From positions 37,831-101,830 of IMG/VR virus record IMGVR_UViG_3300047121_000347: a stretch of DNA of 64,000 nucleotides; one strand, written 5' to 3'. The DNA comes from a virus. A program made the translations under genes and the position numbers. The notes beneath the pieces are model-generated. The model saw nothing but the letters and a program-made list of their open reading frames with translations, did not search any database and had not been told where the DNA came from. Positions 38,101 to 45,792 of the stretch are shown in pieces; within the stretch, counting starts at the first letter, position 1, and each line of letters starts with the position of its first letter.

Positions 38101-38127
38101 CTTGATTACCTGAAGAAAGGCAAATAA
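32152..38127 (+). CDS. Very large internal/ejection protein (1991 aa)
   Basis: Low-complexity A/G/T/S segments; C-terminal YAKGG..GPGDGQSDDIPA.L.DGEFV domain. Confidence 0.7.
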   Translation: MATSPLSITPEALKSLYDDLTSQGYSHDVLVNAARQNYGIDLDQALKSSAPISYADKINSGPLEKAAQPTYAEYQASLPAAKSTVPGTDLTYTRTSDDTSWLSNVRQGYGPQGQGARTEEQIPSLYRDPDSGYGVGVEMEDGQVQKLVYYDPQGRKLRSSIFTAPELYKNANEFGINLSGIGSLGTALDAAGIKYKPGELYAGVGSNLGINFNDIAAGKLGAAYDWTQDPFASTKGPYGSQTLAENQNIARTLNVKPELSENLATIDPYKGPTGTRNFAVVIPSISGSPTVAYYATAEEAEAAKYLYGGTLYNVAESPLDVGNDGTVTTSQNATASAPLGALSTATNTAPATGALPTSGFDAFGNPRGNTWTEDRYNPNDPASSSYIADPNAGRYVFDPATGKHTLVPSTGATSVTGATGNDTVTGALDTASRFYDPVLKSNWEIENVGDLGLANDPRFQGQGSQVYIDPKTGRMLSRDEYLQVANTTEAVSYRAEQERIAAANAKLFRPGNTLDNPLAGVTDFGGDTAISLLTASPNISAAIQHKSTFVKPYKIINGKLQEVTDADITPQDIASNSVYFYIGGATGGPDRQRMAQLYQSKGDKLVPVGDPSFYQGAHPDQAAMDFARIALPIALSFVPGLGTAIGGALGATGAAAGALGSGVLSFGTQLAMGADPLQALKGAALSAAGGYLGSQISSMLPTEVAGIGKNVITQLVTTGKLDPAALATSVGTSFATDALAAETGMDKATAAKIVTAGLQAIQGNELAALTSLAQAGIQSGLAGTGVTAQSPQDRAAFLEANASPLGLSALSPIAAEDEEIALLQRQNAANQALSDYLGPGNDLSREGLVSQLKNLGFTADQAEGFAIQADQRINMQRVGADVMSRYSKIDPEFGTPQLDRDIAWAEMVAAGFSSDRANEILNGIDAQNAIKLENKLSVQSAYQNFTQGKGSEDQLRSALTSAGYNDAQINELVTRGRGVLEGSKLTSGEQAQIRAENLPDIRSEIAGKSNFNDAYALARDKLGADATFTWQGKTYSTATAAERPDLSGTTSKPTAEVPYVAPNGMHNRAAFIQAGGGTSDADYAKYVQAVNAVIAEGKSGTLITPASVNSTGKEMPSTTGPVTMEKPSVDSVLGSVAAQGVASFGANSIAGVLSALGFTDAGRTVLDKANQIAAAATAAEGADITQGKRDINAAIQRVGESSGIKDFATNVGNLVSTAFNNPKAFGATVGSEVVEEVLQLATLKFPGSFLVKETVASALENGGAAYNTEYESQIAKGASKEDAHLAAQKAAGTAAGVTVALAGGAAGLGKVAGKVFGSQADEAASGVSQVGKTTLRESAQEVLEEGSIAGSIDLALGRPVDAVNALTNMTGGALYGGVTAGSMQGTKLDTLDQAASTSIGSGVQASFNDTLAQTGNIAQASTNSVTTAINNGLDPGAAVSTVIDTAAKSGGDMSAVITASINTGLSTALSSGVDTSTAVSTIVAGSVTASLNNGVNASMAVSSTVGSSVKTGIESGADASTVIASSVTTAVSTATQNGANSTAVVAGSTSTAISTAIASGVDASTAISSAVDSATKAGADTSVATASSITAAVAAGTDTNTAIAAATGANSNITANSTTNNNVTSTVVTDTKTGVTSQTVVDSTNNASTTTTTNNNVTSQVTTVGSTTTTVTSDTSTGVTTQTTVDGTRSTDVTVNTTTNVTTQVVTDTNTNTKVTVEWEPDGETRCTFTDPEGRETVFDDLDVGDPPKVDIVVPLEPVKPEVKPETPKETKPKTSQSGSGSAMMMPAMAGAAAAVDWLGPQFLKSKERGTYVDPLAEFQALQQQADQQQILSQIQPELANVLTERGAMPYYAYGQEPSIDEVLGLPDQESSSYNESDYVPVFKSGGKVSPLNIQMMYAKGGHAREDFRDGKHVAGPGDGQSDDIPAWLADGEFVFPADVVSALGNGSTKAGTEKLYEMMHEIRGRARSKHPKDLPPPAHKSPLDYLKKGK

Positions 38128-38128
38128 C

Positions 38129-39160
38129 ATGGCCGGATTATTTGAAGGTTCCGCCCCAGAACCCATCGAACTGACTAAGACCTCGGCCGCAAAAGCGCCG
38201 GAGTATCTTACCAACTACCTCACTTCGCTGTCTCAAGCGGGAATGGGTGCGTTAGGTACCGTAACCCCCGGCACCCCGGCTACTGACACAACGCCAGGCA
38301 CCGCCCCGACGGTCAAGGCGTTTACCGGTAAAGAGCTGGTCGCAGACCTTCCCGATTTTTATAAAACTCTCATGACTCCGAAGGCTGGCGCAAGTCTGCC
38401 GGGTCTTTCAGATCTGACACGTTATCAGGACGCTTTAGATCAAGCGCTAACGTCAGGTAAGTCGGCTATGGAGGTCGGCGGTACGGACATTTCAAAGTTC
38501 TATGACCCTTATCAGAAACAAGTCATAGACGAAATGCAAAAGCAGTCTGACATCAACGTGCAGCGCAACGTGTTGCCCGCCCTCAAAGCGTTGGGGGTGA
38601 GCGGCATGGGTGGGGCACTAGGTAGCTCCCGCACAGGTACGATTAGTGGTCAGGCACTGGCTGAAATTGCAGCTAACCTTCAAGCCCAGCAGACCGCTGC
38701 TCGGTCGAAAGGTTTTCAGACCGCGCTTGATGCTGCGCTCAAAGAGCAGGGGCAACAGGCCACCACAACGAGTGCTCTCTCAGGTTTAGGTTCTCAGGAG
38801 CAGACGGCCGCAACTTCAGGGTTGAAAACTTTGAGTGACGTGGGGGCTGCAAAACTGGCTTACGATCAGTCTCAGATAGAAGCACCGCTCAAGCGAGCTT
38901 TGAACGTGGCTGAAATTATGCGCGGTTACACCTACCCCACCAGCTCAACTGAAACCGCTGAAACGATTCCAACAACTTTCGCCCCCTCACCGTTGCAGCA
39001 GATCGCCGGACTTGGAACTTTAGTCGGAGCGGCATTTCCAGCTGGCGGAGGCGGAGTGGGTAATAAAATTATCAGCGGTATTGAGAAAATTTTCAGCGGC
39101 GGTAGCGACAGTAATGACACAGGTAGTTGGGTTGATTGGTGGAATAAAGGGGGCGGCTAA
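38129..39160 (+). CDS. Putative ejection (DNA pilot) protein
   Basis: PEY, PYQ.QV, GALGSSR, Q/A-rich helix, SPLQQIAGLG. Confidence 0.6.
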   Translation: MAGLFEGSAPEPIELTKTSAAKAPEYLTNYLTSLSQAGMGALGTVTPGTPATDTTPGTAPTVKAFTGKELVADLPDFYKTLMTPKAGASLPGLSDLTRYQDALDQALTSGKSAMEVGGTDISKFYDPYQKQVIDEMQKQSDINVQRNVLPALKALGVSGMGGALGSSRTGTISGQALAEIAANLQAQQTAARSKGFQTALDAALKEQGQQATTTSALSGLGSQEQTAATSGLKTLSDVGAAKLAYDQSQIEAPLKRALNVAEIMRGYTYPTSSTETAETIPTTFAPSPLQQIAGLGTLVGAAFPAGGGGVGNKIISGIEKIFSGGSDSNDTGSWVDWWNKGGG

Positions 39161-39162
39161 TT

Positions 39163-40782
39163 ATGACTACTTCTAGAGGCGCGTTGCCCGTTTCTTATTA
39201 CGCCGAGACGCCCGGTGAAAAGAAAAGTCTTGATGATTTTTTACGCATTCAGGACGAGCTCGAGAAAGCCTTAACTAACCGGCAGCAGTTGTTTGACCCG
39301 GTGCTGCTCGCGATGGCGCAAGGGTTCCTCGCCCCTACTAAGACGGGTAAGTTTGGCGAGGCGCTCGGCAACGTAGCCGCTCAGGTCGTCCCTGCGCAGC
39401 AGGCCGAAGAAAAGCGCATGTTGGAAAACATTGCTATGCGTCGCGACCTCGCGGCGTCTAAGCTCGGCGCTCAGCAGGCCTCCCGCGATGAGCAGATGCT
39501 ACGCGGGCTGCTCAAACCGCCCACGGCCACCCCAACGGCTACCCCGGCGGCTGAAGGCACAACACCCCCCGCAGCCCCGGTTGAAGGAGCCCCTGCGGCC
39601 GAGCCGGTTGCGGGTGCGCCGTTAGCGCCCAGACCCGCTGAGGCTCAGGCGACCGCTGCTCCTGTACGAAGCCTTCAGGAAGGCTCTACGCTTGATCAAC
39701 TCACTAGCCCTCAGCTGAGTGCGATGGCTATAAGTAACAACCCACGGGTTCAGGCACTGGCGAAGTATGTTCTAAATTTGCGCGAAGATGAGCGCAAAAA
39801 TCTCATGGTAGTGGGTGGTAATCTCGTCGATACCCGCACAAGAGAAGTAGTGTTCACGGGCGCGGAAGAGCAGAAACCTTACAGTTTCCCCGGCATAGAA
39901 GGCCGATTCCCGATGACACCTTCTGAGTACAGGAAAATTGTTGCTCAGGTGGGTGATTTGACCGGCGAAGCACAAGCGCAGAAAATTAGGGATATACTCA
40001 AAGGGCGGCAGACTCTGGAAGAACAAGAGGCCGCTAGCGAACGGTCTAAAGAACGTGCTAAAGGTGACGTGAAACTTGAAGAAGGAATTTTCGCGGACGC
40101 TAAAGTTGCACCCGAGCTGATACGTAGCGCAGACACGCTCATTCAGCTGGCTAGCAACCCTAACACTAAGCGCACGTTCGGTATCCTTGCCCAGTCGGGG
40201 TTCCTCGGTGCGTTGGGGCAGCTGGGTGAAAACACGCTGCGCGTGGGTTCATACAATATTGGTGTTCCGTCGATTGAGCAGGCTATCCGGACCGCAACCC
40301 GCACGCCGGCTGAGATACGCGCTGCTGAAATCGCCTCCGCCGCATCAACCACGCTGGAGCTGAACTTCCGCCAGTTGTTCTACAAAGGGCAAGGTAACGT
40401 CTCAAACATGGAGGCTGAGACGATTCGCCAGCTGGGCGGGTCAATAAAAGACACTCCGGAAGGTATAGTCGCTAAGGCGCAAATGGTCAAGTTGCGCTCT
40501 GAGTTTGACCGTAAGGCAGCTGAGATCTTCCGCGCTGCGCAAAAACGCGGCGTTAGCGTTCGAGATTTCAAAGACAGCGAAGAGTACAAAACAGCGGTCA
40601 AAGAATATGATGACGGTATTCAGACCGTTCGCGATTCGATCATAAACTTTCAGCCTGCCGCCAGCGGCGCACCAGCGGGCGGTCGTCCGGCTGCCGGCTC
40701 CAGACCCGCCGAACGCACTATGCCTGACGGTAGCGTCTGGGTTCTGCAGCCCAACGGCTCGTATGTTCAGAAGAAAAAGTAA
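39163..40782 (+). CDS. Putative ejection protein
   Basis: Helical, P/A-rich linker, GNVSNME motif; in the ejection cluster. Confidence 0.55.
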   Translation: MTTSRGALPVSYYAETPGEKKSLDDFLRIQDELEKALTNRQQLFDPVLLAMAQGFLAPTKTGKFGEALGNVAAQVVPAQQAEEKRMLENIAMRRDLAASKLGAQQASRDEQMLRGLLKPPTATPTATPAAEGTTPPAAPVEGAPAAEPVAGAPLAPRPAEAQATAAPVRSLQEGSTLDQLTSPQLSAMAISNNPRVQALAKYVLNLREDERKNLMVVGGNLVDTRTREVVFTGAEEQKPYSFPGIEGRFPMTPSEYRKIVAQVGDLTGEAQAQKIRDILKGRQTLEEQEAASERSKERAKGDVKLEEGIFADAKVAPELIRSADTLIQLASNPNTKRTFGILAQSGFLGALGQLGENTLRVGSYNIGVPSIEQAIRTATRTPAEIRAAEIASAASTTLELNFRQLFYKGQGNVSNMEAETIRQLGGSIKDTPEGIVAKAQMVKLRSEFDRKAAEIFRAAQKRGVSVRDFKDSEEYKTAVKEYDDGIQTVRDSIINFQPAASGAPAGGRPAAGSRPAERTMPDGSVWVLQPNGSYVQKKK

Positions 40783-40794
40783 GGAGCCTCACCG

Positions 40795-42159
40795 ATGAGT
40801 ACGTTGGCTGAGTACAACAATAATCCGGGTAATTTGCGCCCACCGCCGGGGGTAAAATATGACGGCCAGATAGGCGTTGATGAGAACGGGTTCGCTATCT
40901 TTGAAAACAAAGACTACGGACGCCGAGCACTCATCAATGATATTGAAATCAAGCTCAAGCGTGGTTTGAACAGCCCCGATAAGTTCATCGAACGTTATGC
41001 CCCACGCGGTAACGAGAACCCGCAGGAAGCCCAAGACAACTACAAAATTTGGCTCGCCGGGTCGTTAGGTCTTGAAAGTACTAACGCTCCTTTCCCTAAA
41101 GACTCAGCCGAAAAAATAGCCGACGCCGTAGCACAGTTTGAGAGCGGCACATGGGGAAAGCCACCAGCAGCCGCACCTTCAAGCCCGAGCACAGAAGAAA
41201 CTAACGGCCAGCTCACCGATCAACAGCGGCGGGATAAACTAACTGAAGAAATCAAAGCACTCCCTGGAAAAATCTATGAAGAATACCCCACCGCTAGTCG
41301 CGTTGCGATTGACGCTGCGGGGGCTGCTTTAGGTTCACAGGCAAGCCGGTTCACTGAAAGCGGTAGAGAACGGGCAGCACAAGCCGCAGCTGATTTGCTA
41401 CGGAGTTCGACCAAACCCGTTGCCCCGGCGGTTCAACCGGCGGCCACCCCTCCAGCTCCGATACCTACAGACCCGATGCACACCCGGCAGCTGCAAGGCA
41501 CCACGGACGCAGGGGCTACGGGTCGTGCGAGGCAACAGACCTACAACGTAGGCACCTCTCAACAGGCTGCCGCTGCTAACGAGCAGGCCAAAGTCATCGA
41601 GCAGCTCAAGCGTCAAGGGATTGTAACGGGTGATGCGAAGTCCCTGCTCGCTAAAGCACCCGGCCTTACTTCAACACCTTCGGGAGTGTTACTACCTTCG
41701 AGTCAGGTCTATGCCGACGTACCTCCCACCCAAGGCACAACGCCCCCGCCGCCTCCAGAACCACCTCAGCCCCGCCAGCCTTCACCGTTGTCACGCGGTG
41801 CTCAGGCAGTCTCACGCGGAGTAAATATTGGGTACAGAGCATTTCCCGGAGCAGCTGGTGCGCTAGCAGGCCTAGGAATGGCCGATCTCGGGCAGCAGGC
41901 GTACAGCCGATTCTCAGAAGGTGACGTTCCGGGCGGCATCCTAGCGAGTGTTGGAGCCGGGAGCTCAGCGCTTTCGTTGTTTCCGTTTCCAGTAACCCGC
42001 GTACCTTCAACGCTGCTAGCGGTTGCTTCACCACTGGCGCTGCTAGCCTACGATAAAATGAAAGAACGCGCAGTTTCTCAAGCCCAAGGGTATGGTGCGC
42101 TAGCCGCCGGGCGGCAACTCCCCGCACCGTCAATATACTCCGGCTTTACCAGTCCCTGA
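40795..42159 (+). CDS. Ejection protein with an N-terminal NNPGN-type lysozyme-like domain
   Basis: NNNPGNLR..FAIF....G.RA..FIERYAP..EN...Y..FESG; hydrophobic C-terminus. Confidence 0.65.
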   Translation: MSTLAEYNNNPGNLRPPPGVKYDGQIGVDENGFAIFENKDYGRRALINDIEIKLKRGLNSPDKFIERYAPRGNENPQEAQDNYKIWLAGSLGLESTNAPFPKDSAEKIADAVAQFESGTWGKPPAAAPSSPSTEETNGQLTDQQRRDKLTEEIKALPGKIYEEYPTASRVAIDAAGAALGSQASRFTESGRERAAQAAADLLRSSTKPVAPAVQPAATPPAPIPTDPMHTRQLQGTTDAGATGRARQQTYNVGTSQQAAAANEQAKVIEQLKRQGIVTGDAKSLLAKAPGLTSTPSGVLLPSSQVYADVPPTQGTTPPPPPEPPQPRQPSPLSRGAQAVSRGVNIGYRAFPGAAGALAGLGMADLGQQAYSRFSEGDVPGGILASVGAGSSALSLFPFPVTRVPSTLLAVASPLALLAYDKMKERAVSQAQGYGALAAGRQLPAPSIYSGFTSP

Positions 42160-42204
42160 GTGTGCGGGGACTCCTCGTCGCCTCTCTGTCCATGGGGGCG
42201 GCTT

Positions 42205-42240
42205 CCCCCGAACTGTTTAGGTTCGGGGGTTTTTCTTTTT
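42205..42240 (+). terminator. Strong terminator at the convergence of the two arms
   Basis: CCCCCGAAC-TGTTTAG-GTTCGGGGG then TTTTTCTTTTT. Confidence 0.85.
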
Positions 42241-42715
42241 ACTTGAAATGCTTCTCATAAAGCCACTGCGCCATGAGGAGCGCCTCGGCCCGATCGGCAT
42301 ACTTCTTCAAGTTGAGCGGCGCATCAGGGTAGAGCCTGATTGCAAACGCCCGGCACTGCTCTTTGTCAGAGCTCAGCCCGAAGTGCCTCTTCCAAGTCAC
42401 AGGTGACGTATAAGTAAGGCTCAGCCGAGCGGCCGCAACCGCTGCTCGAGCCACACCGAAAGAGTCCCCCAGGCTAAAAACCGAACTCACCCCCTGACCG
42501 GGCATAGCGTTTACGCGCTCAAGAACCACAGCTACGTCTTCATCCGGTGCGACGTGGTGCCTCAGGATAGCGAGAAGTCCCGCCGCGTCAACTTCGCTCT
42601 TAACGCTACCCGAACCCTTAGCAACGGTAGGCATGTCCTCTACGGCGACGAATCGTCCGTCTCTGAGCACCCCCACCGCCCCACTCAAGCCGGGGTCAAT
42701 ACCGATAGTGATCAT
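42239..42715 (-). CDS. ruvC: RuvC-like Holliday junction resolvase
   Basis: IGIDPG.SGA, VVLE.V.AMPGQGVSS.F, P..WK, D.AEA.L. Confidence 0.85.
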   Translation of the reverse strand: MITIGIDPGLSGAVGVLRDGRFVAVEDMPTVAKGSGSVKSEVDAAGLLAILRHHVAPDEDVAVVLERVNAMPGQGVSSVFSLGDSFGVARAAVAAARLSLTYTSPVTWKRHFGLSSDKEQCRAFAIRLYPDAPLNLKKYADRAEALLMAQWLYEKHFK

Positions 42716-43026
42716 ATCTTGTTCTCATCCAGCCGGTGGTCACCGCACCAGTCGGTCATAAAGACCACGGGATAGCCTCCCATCGTTGGAGCGTGACGGC
42801 GGCAGCGGCCAACGCTCGACTTTCCTGTAGCGGTGGTCAACTCTTTGAGTACGAACCAGATACAGGTCTGACAGCGCATCCCAACAGAGCGGTGCTTCCA
42901 GGGGTCCTTTTCCCCTTCTTTCGTAAACTGCACAGGTCCGCCAGGGTAGTTGATCGTTGGCCCGCCAGGGTGGTTGATCGTTGGCCCTTCAAAGCTAGGG
43001 ATGGTGCTTGCGTTACTCGTGCTCAT
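42712..43026 (-). CDS. Small Cys-rich protein (CxxC..CRR.AP..DWCG)
   Basis: GGAGG RBS before ATG 43026. Confidence 0.7.
   Translation of the reverse strand: MSTSNASTIPSFEGPTINHPGGPTINYPGGPVQFTKEGEKDPWKHRSVGMRCQTCIWFVLKELTTATGKSSVGRCRRHAPTMGGYPVVFMTDWCGDHRLDENKI
42938..42985. repeat. 24-bp tandem duplication encoding GPTIN(H/Y)PG twice
   Basis: CCGCCAGGGTRGTTGATCGTTGGC x2. Confidence 0.85.
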
Positions 43027-43027
43027 C

Positions 43028-43270
43028 TCAGTACCTCCAAGTTGCGGCCTTGACGGCCCACATCTGCCCAGACTGAATGTCGGTGATGGCAAGGGACGCC
43101 ATGCGCGCGATCTCGCCGTTGGGCTGGTTGGTGCGCAGCTCATGGATCTCATCAATCAGATCGGCGCACTTACGTTTGATTGCCTCGACCGTCGGGTCAC
43201 CGCTTGGGTTAAAGGTGATTCCGACGGCTTTTTCGCCGAAGGTCATGGGTCTTGAATTATTCATAATCAT
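43028..43270 (-). CDS. Acb2/Tad1-like helical hairpin protein (candidate anti-defence sponge)
   Basis: FNPS..V..IK...A.LID...R..SLAITDIQSGQMWAVKAAT resembles the Acb2 C-terminal helix. Confidence 0.55.
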   Translation of the reverse strand: MIMNNSRPMTFGEKAVGITFNPSGDPTVEAIKRKCADLIDEIHELRTNQPNGEIARMASLAITDIQSGQMWAVKAATWRY

Positions 43271-44103
43271 AATACCTCGTAATGTTCACACCCGGCCCGC
43301 TGCTCGTCGAGGGTTAGGGTGTGGTTGTTGAGTTCGCATACCCAACGGCCTTCCGGCCCTGGGGTACACATGCGGCAGGTGCGGCAGTGACGCAGGGGTT
43401 CAACTTCGCGGGTGCAGACCGCCCTCATGCTGCAGAACCTGCAGCCGAAACTTGAGCCATCATCACTGATTCCGGCCGGGCGTAGCCGGGCCTCCGTGAG
43501 TTTGATGATTCGCGCTCGCAGTCGGTCTTGCTCGGCTGCGTCTTCCCGTATACGCTCGACGTAGAACTGCTCGTCGTCTTTGCAGACCGCCACATACAGC
43601 GCCCGAGAGAATCCCCCGAGCGCCATACTGATCTGCACCTGAGCGTAGTGAGAAGGCTTTGAGTCGGCTACACCTTTCTTCAGCAGCGAACTGAAGCTGT
43701 TTTTGTTGTGCGTCTTCACCTCCAGCAGGTGCGGTTTGTCGCTCTCCGGAACATCCCTGACCACGCCGTCCACTTTTGTAATAAAGTGCCCGGTCGAGTC
43801 GCCGAACTCGTACTGACGTCCGTCGGGTTGTTTGTCCCAGACCGCGAACCCCGCACGGCGCAGATCATCTACGATTCGCGCCTCCTGAAGGTGCCCCGTC
43901 TCAAAAAGGCGATACAGGCGTCCGTCAAACTGCTCGCGGGCGAAACCTCGCCAGTTGAGCCACACCTGACGGACGCACTCCTCACCTATCCCAGACGAGC
44001 CAAGCCGCCCTAAGTACAGTTCAGAATCTGCTTTCTCTTTCTGAATGGCAGCGTAGACACGGTTAATTATCTGCTGCTCGGGTTTGGGCGGAATGGCTAC
44101 CAT
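43267..44103 (-). CDS. Cas4-like PD-(D/E)xK exonuclease
   Basis: SSGIG.EC.R, G...E, DG..EVK, Q...M; C-terminal Cys cluster. Confidence 0.85.
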   Translation of the reverse strand: MVAIPPKPEQQIINRVYAAIQKEKADSELYLGRLGSSGIGEECVRQVWLNWRGFAREQFDGRLYRLFETGHLQEARIVDDLRRAGFAVWDKQPDGRQYEFGDSTGHFITKVDGVVRDVPESDKPHLLEVKTHNKNSFSSLLKKGVADSKPSHYAQVQISMALGGFSRALYVAVCKDDEQFYVERIREDAAEQDRLRARIIKLTEARLRPAGISDDGSSFGCRFCSMRAVCTREVEPLRHCRTCRMCTPGPEGRWVCELNNHTLTLDEQRAGCEHYEVL

Positions 44104-44108
44104 GGCGA

Positions 44109-44606
44109 TCAGTCCCAGGGGTTAGAAGACGCGGCGGCGGGCTTTGAGGCGGCCTTGGGCGCGGGCTTAGGGGCGGGGGCGGCTTTTGGGGCTGCCGCTG
44201 CGGGAGCATCATCAAACAGGAACGCTTTGATCTTGTTGCTCGCCTTGTAGCCGTTGCTAGCGGGCTCGACACCGACCGCTGCGCGGAACGGTTTTTCAAG
44301 CAGCTTGTCGGTGTCGTCGGCTTCGGGCCTGCCGCACGCGGTGGCCCAGGCGACGAGCTGCTGCCGGCCGATACGCTGTGCTTTCTCGCTGGGGTTGTTG
44401 ATGTTGAAATTTTGCCACAACAGGCGGCCGGCGTGCTCACCTTTGACGACTTCAAACTTCGCCTTGATGTAGCTGCCGTCGCCTCGGCTGGTGGACTTCT
44501 CCTCAGCGTCGAGTGCCTTCAGAATGTACTCACCCTCAGGAATGGGGTCGTACTCGGCGGGGGCGGAAACATCAACTTCGGCGGTGTCAAATCCAAACTT
44601 TGCCAT
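44109..44606 (-). CDS. DUF669-type ssDNA-binding protein
   Basis: YDPIPEGEY, V..GE..GR..W..N; P/A tail ending NPWD. Confidence 0.75.
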   Translation of the reverse strand: MAKFGFDTAEVDVSAPAEYDPIPEGEYILKALDAEEKSTSRGDGSYIKAKFEVVKGEHAGRLLWQNFNINNPSEKAQRIGRQQLVAWATACGRPEADDTDKLLEKPFRAAVGVEPASNGYKASNKIKAFLFDDAPAAAAPKAAPAPKPAPKAASKPAAASSNPWD

Positions 44607-44624
44607 GATAAGGGGCTCCTTTAA

Positions 44625-45389
44625 TTAAGCGGCAATGGGGATGAGTTTTTCGAGATTTTCAATCTTCATCTCAATCTCGTCGGGGCAACCGTAACGGTTC
44701 TTTGCAGCATACGCGGGGTTCTCAATAAAGTGCAGCAGTCGCTCGCCGGTAGTCACGCCTCGGGTCTTTTGATTGTTGAACCCGGTATCAGACTTGCGGA
44801 TGATCACTTTGAACGCCGCAAACGCAATCACATCGGCCCACTCTTGCAGCAGCGCGTTGCAGCGATTCGGCAGCTTAGGCTGATAGCGATCGTACGGCTC
44901 GGTGCGGGGGTCTTCGAACTTCACCACCGCCGCATGTGCGATCAAGACCACGTTCATACCGCGCTTGATTCGCAGCACGTCGAGCCCCTGCAAGATCTCG
45001 CGAAACTCCTCCGCGACCAACATCTGTCCCTTGCCGTAGGCGAGGTCTTTGGCCTCGTGGGAAGACTCCACATTGCTCACAATCAGCGGCTCAATCAGCC
45101 AGTCAACCGAGTCAATCACCACGGTCTTGAACTGATGCTCTTCTTTGATGAGCGTCTTAATACTCTCCACCACGTCGTTGATCTGCGTCGCTCGGGGAAA
45201 GCTCGTCACGTCGAGCGAGTCCAAGCCGTCTTCCGTACTGATGAAGATCGGGGCCGGAAACTGGCTGGCGAGCGTCGACTTACCTATCCCGTGGCCGCCG
45301 TAGATGACGATACGCGGGGGAACGGCCTGCTTACCCCGGCGCAGCGTGTCCTGCCAGCTGCTGGGGGTGGGTTGCTTCTCTTTTGACAT
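44625..45389 (-). CDS. Sak4-like AAA ATPase / ssDNA annealing protein
   Basis: IYG..GIGKST, TVVIDS.DW, IAH, EWAD, AKNR. Confidence 0.85.
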   Translation of the reverse strand: MSKEKQPTPSSWQDTLRRGKQAVPPRIVIYGGHGIGKSTLASQFPAPIFISTEDGLDSLDVTSFPRATQINDVVESIKTLIKEEHQFKTVVIDSVDWLIEPLIVSNVESSHEAKDLAYGKGQMLVAEEFREILQGLDVLRIKRGMNVVLIAHAAVVKFEDPRTEPYDRYQPKLPNRCNALLQEWADVIAFAAFKVIIRKSDTGFNNQKTRGVTTGERLLHFIENPAYAAKNRYGCPDEIEMKIENLEKLIPIAA

Positions 45390-45417
45390 TTTGTTTCTCC
45401 TTTCTGAGTAGAGGCGG

Positions 45418-45792
45418 TTAGTCGTCCGCCGTTGCGAAATCGTCGTAGTCTTCGGCGTTCTGGCCGAAGTCCCACTGGTGTGTGATGTACTGGAACAGCT
45501 CGCGGTCCCAGCTCAACAGGTTCAACTTGTAGTCCTGCTCGGTGACCAGCGCGGCGCATATGGCGCACAGCGACGGATCTCCCACCATGAGCAGGTAGTC
45601 TCCCGGCTCCCACTCACTCAATACTCGTCGCGCTTTAGCGATCATCATGCGGGTGTTGTACGGTTTGCGGGGGCGGCTAAACACTGCCCGCAGCTGACCG
45701 AACCGACGCGCATCGCTGAGGTCTTTGCTGTTGTCAACCTGCACGACGAATACGGTGCGGGTGTTACCGGATGATTGTAGAGGTGTTGTCAT
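45418..45792 (-). CDS. Conserved replication-module hypothetical protein
   Basis: VFVVQ..D.S.A.RFG, DYLL..GDP, L.WDR; start refined to ATG 45792. Confidence 0.65.
   Translation of the reverse strand: MTTPLQSSGNTRTVFVVQVDNSKDLSDARRFGQLRAVFSRPRKPYNTRMMIAKARRVLSEWEPGDYLLMVGDPSLCAICAALVTEQDYKLNLLSWDRELFQYITHQWDFGQNAEDYDDFATADD

Noticed and set aside
42160-42240. tRNA or ncRNA in the gap between the arms
   Set aside because: No cloverleaf or T-loop consensus; explained by a terminator and a small GC hairpin.
43267-44103. CRISPR-Cas locus
   Set aside because: Stand-alone Cas4-like nuclease in a Sak4/SSB recombination module; no array or other cas genes.
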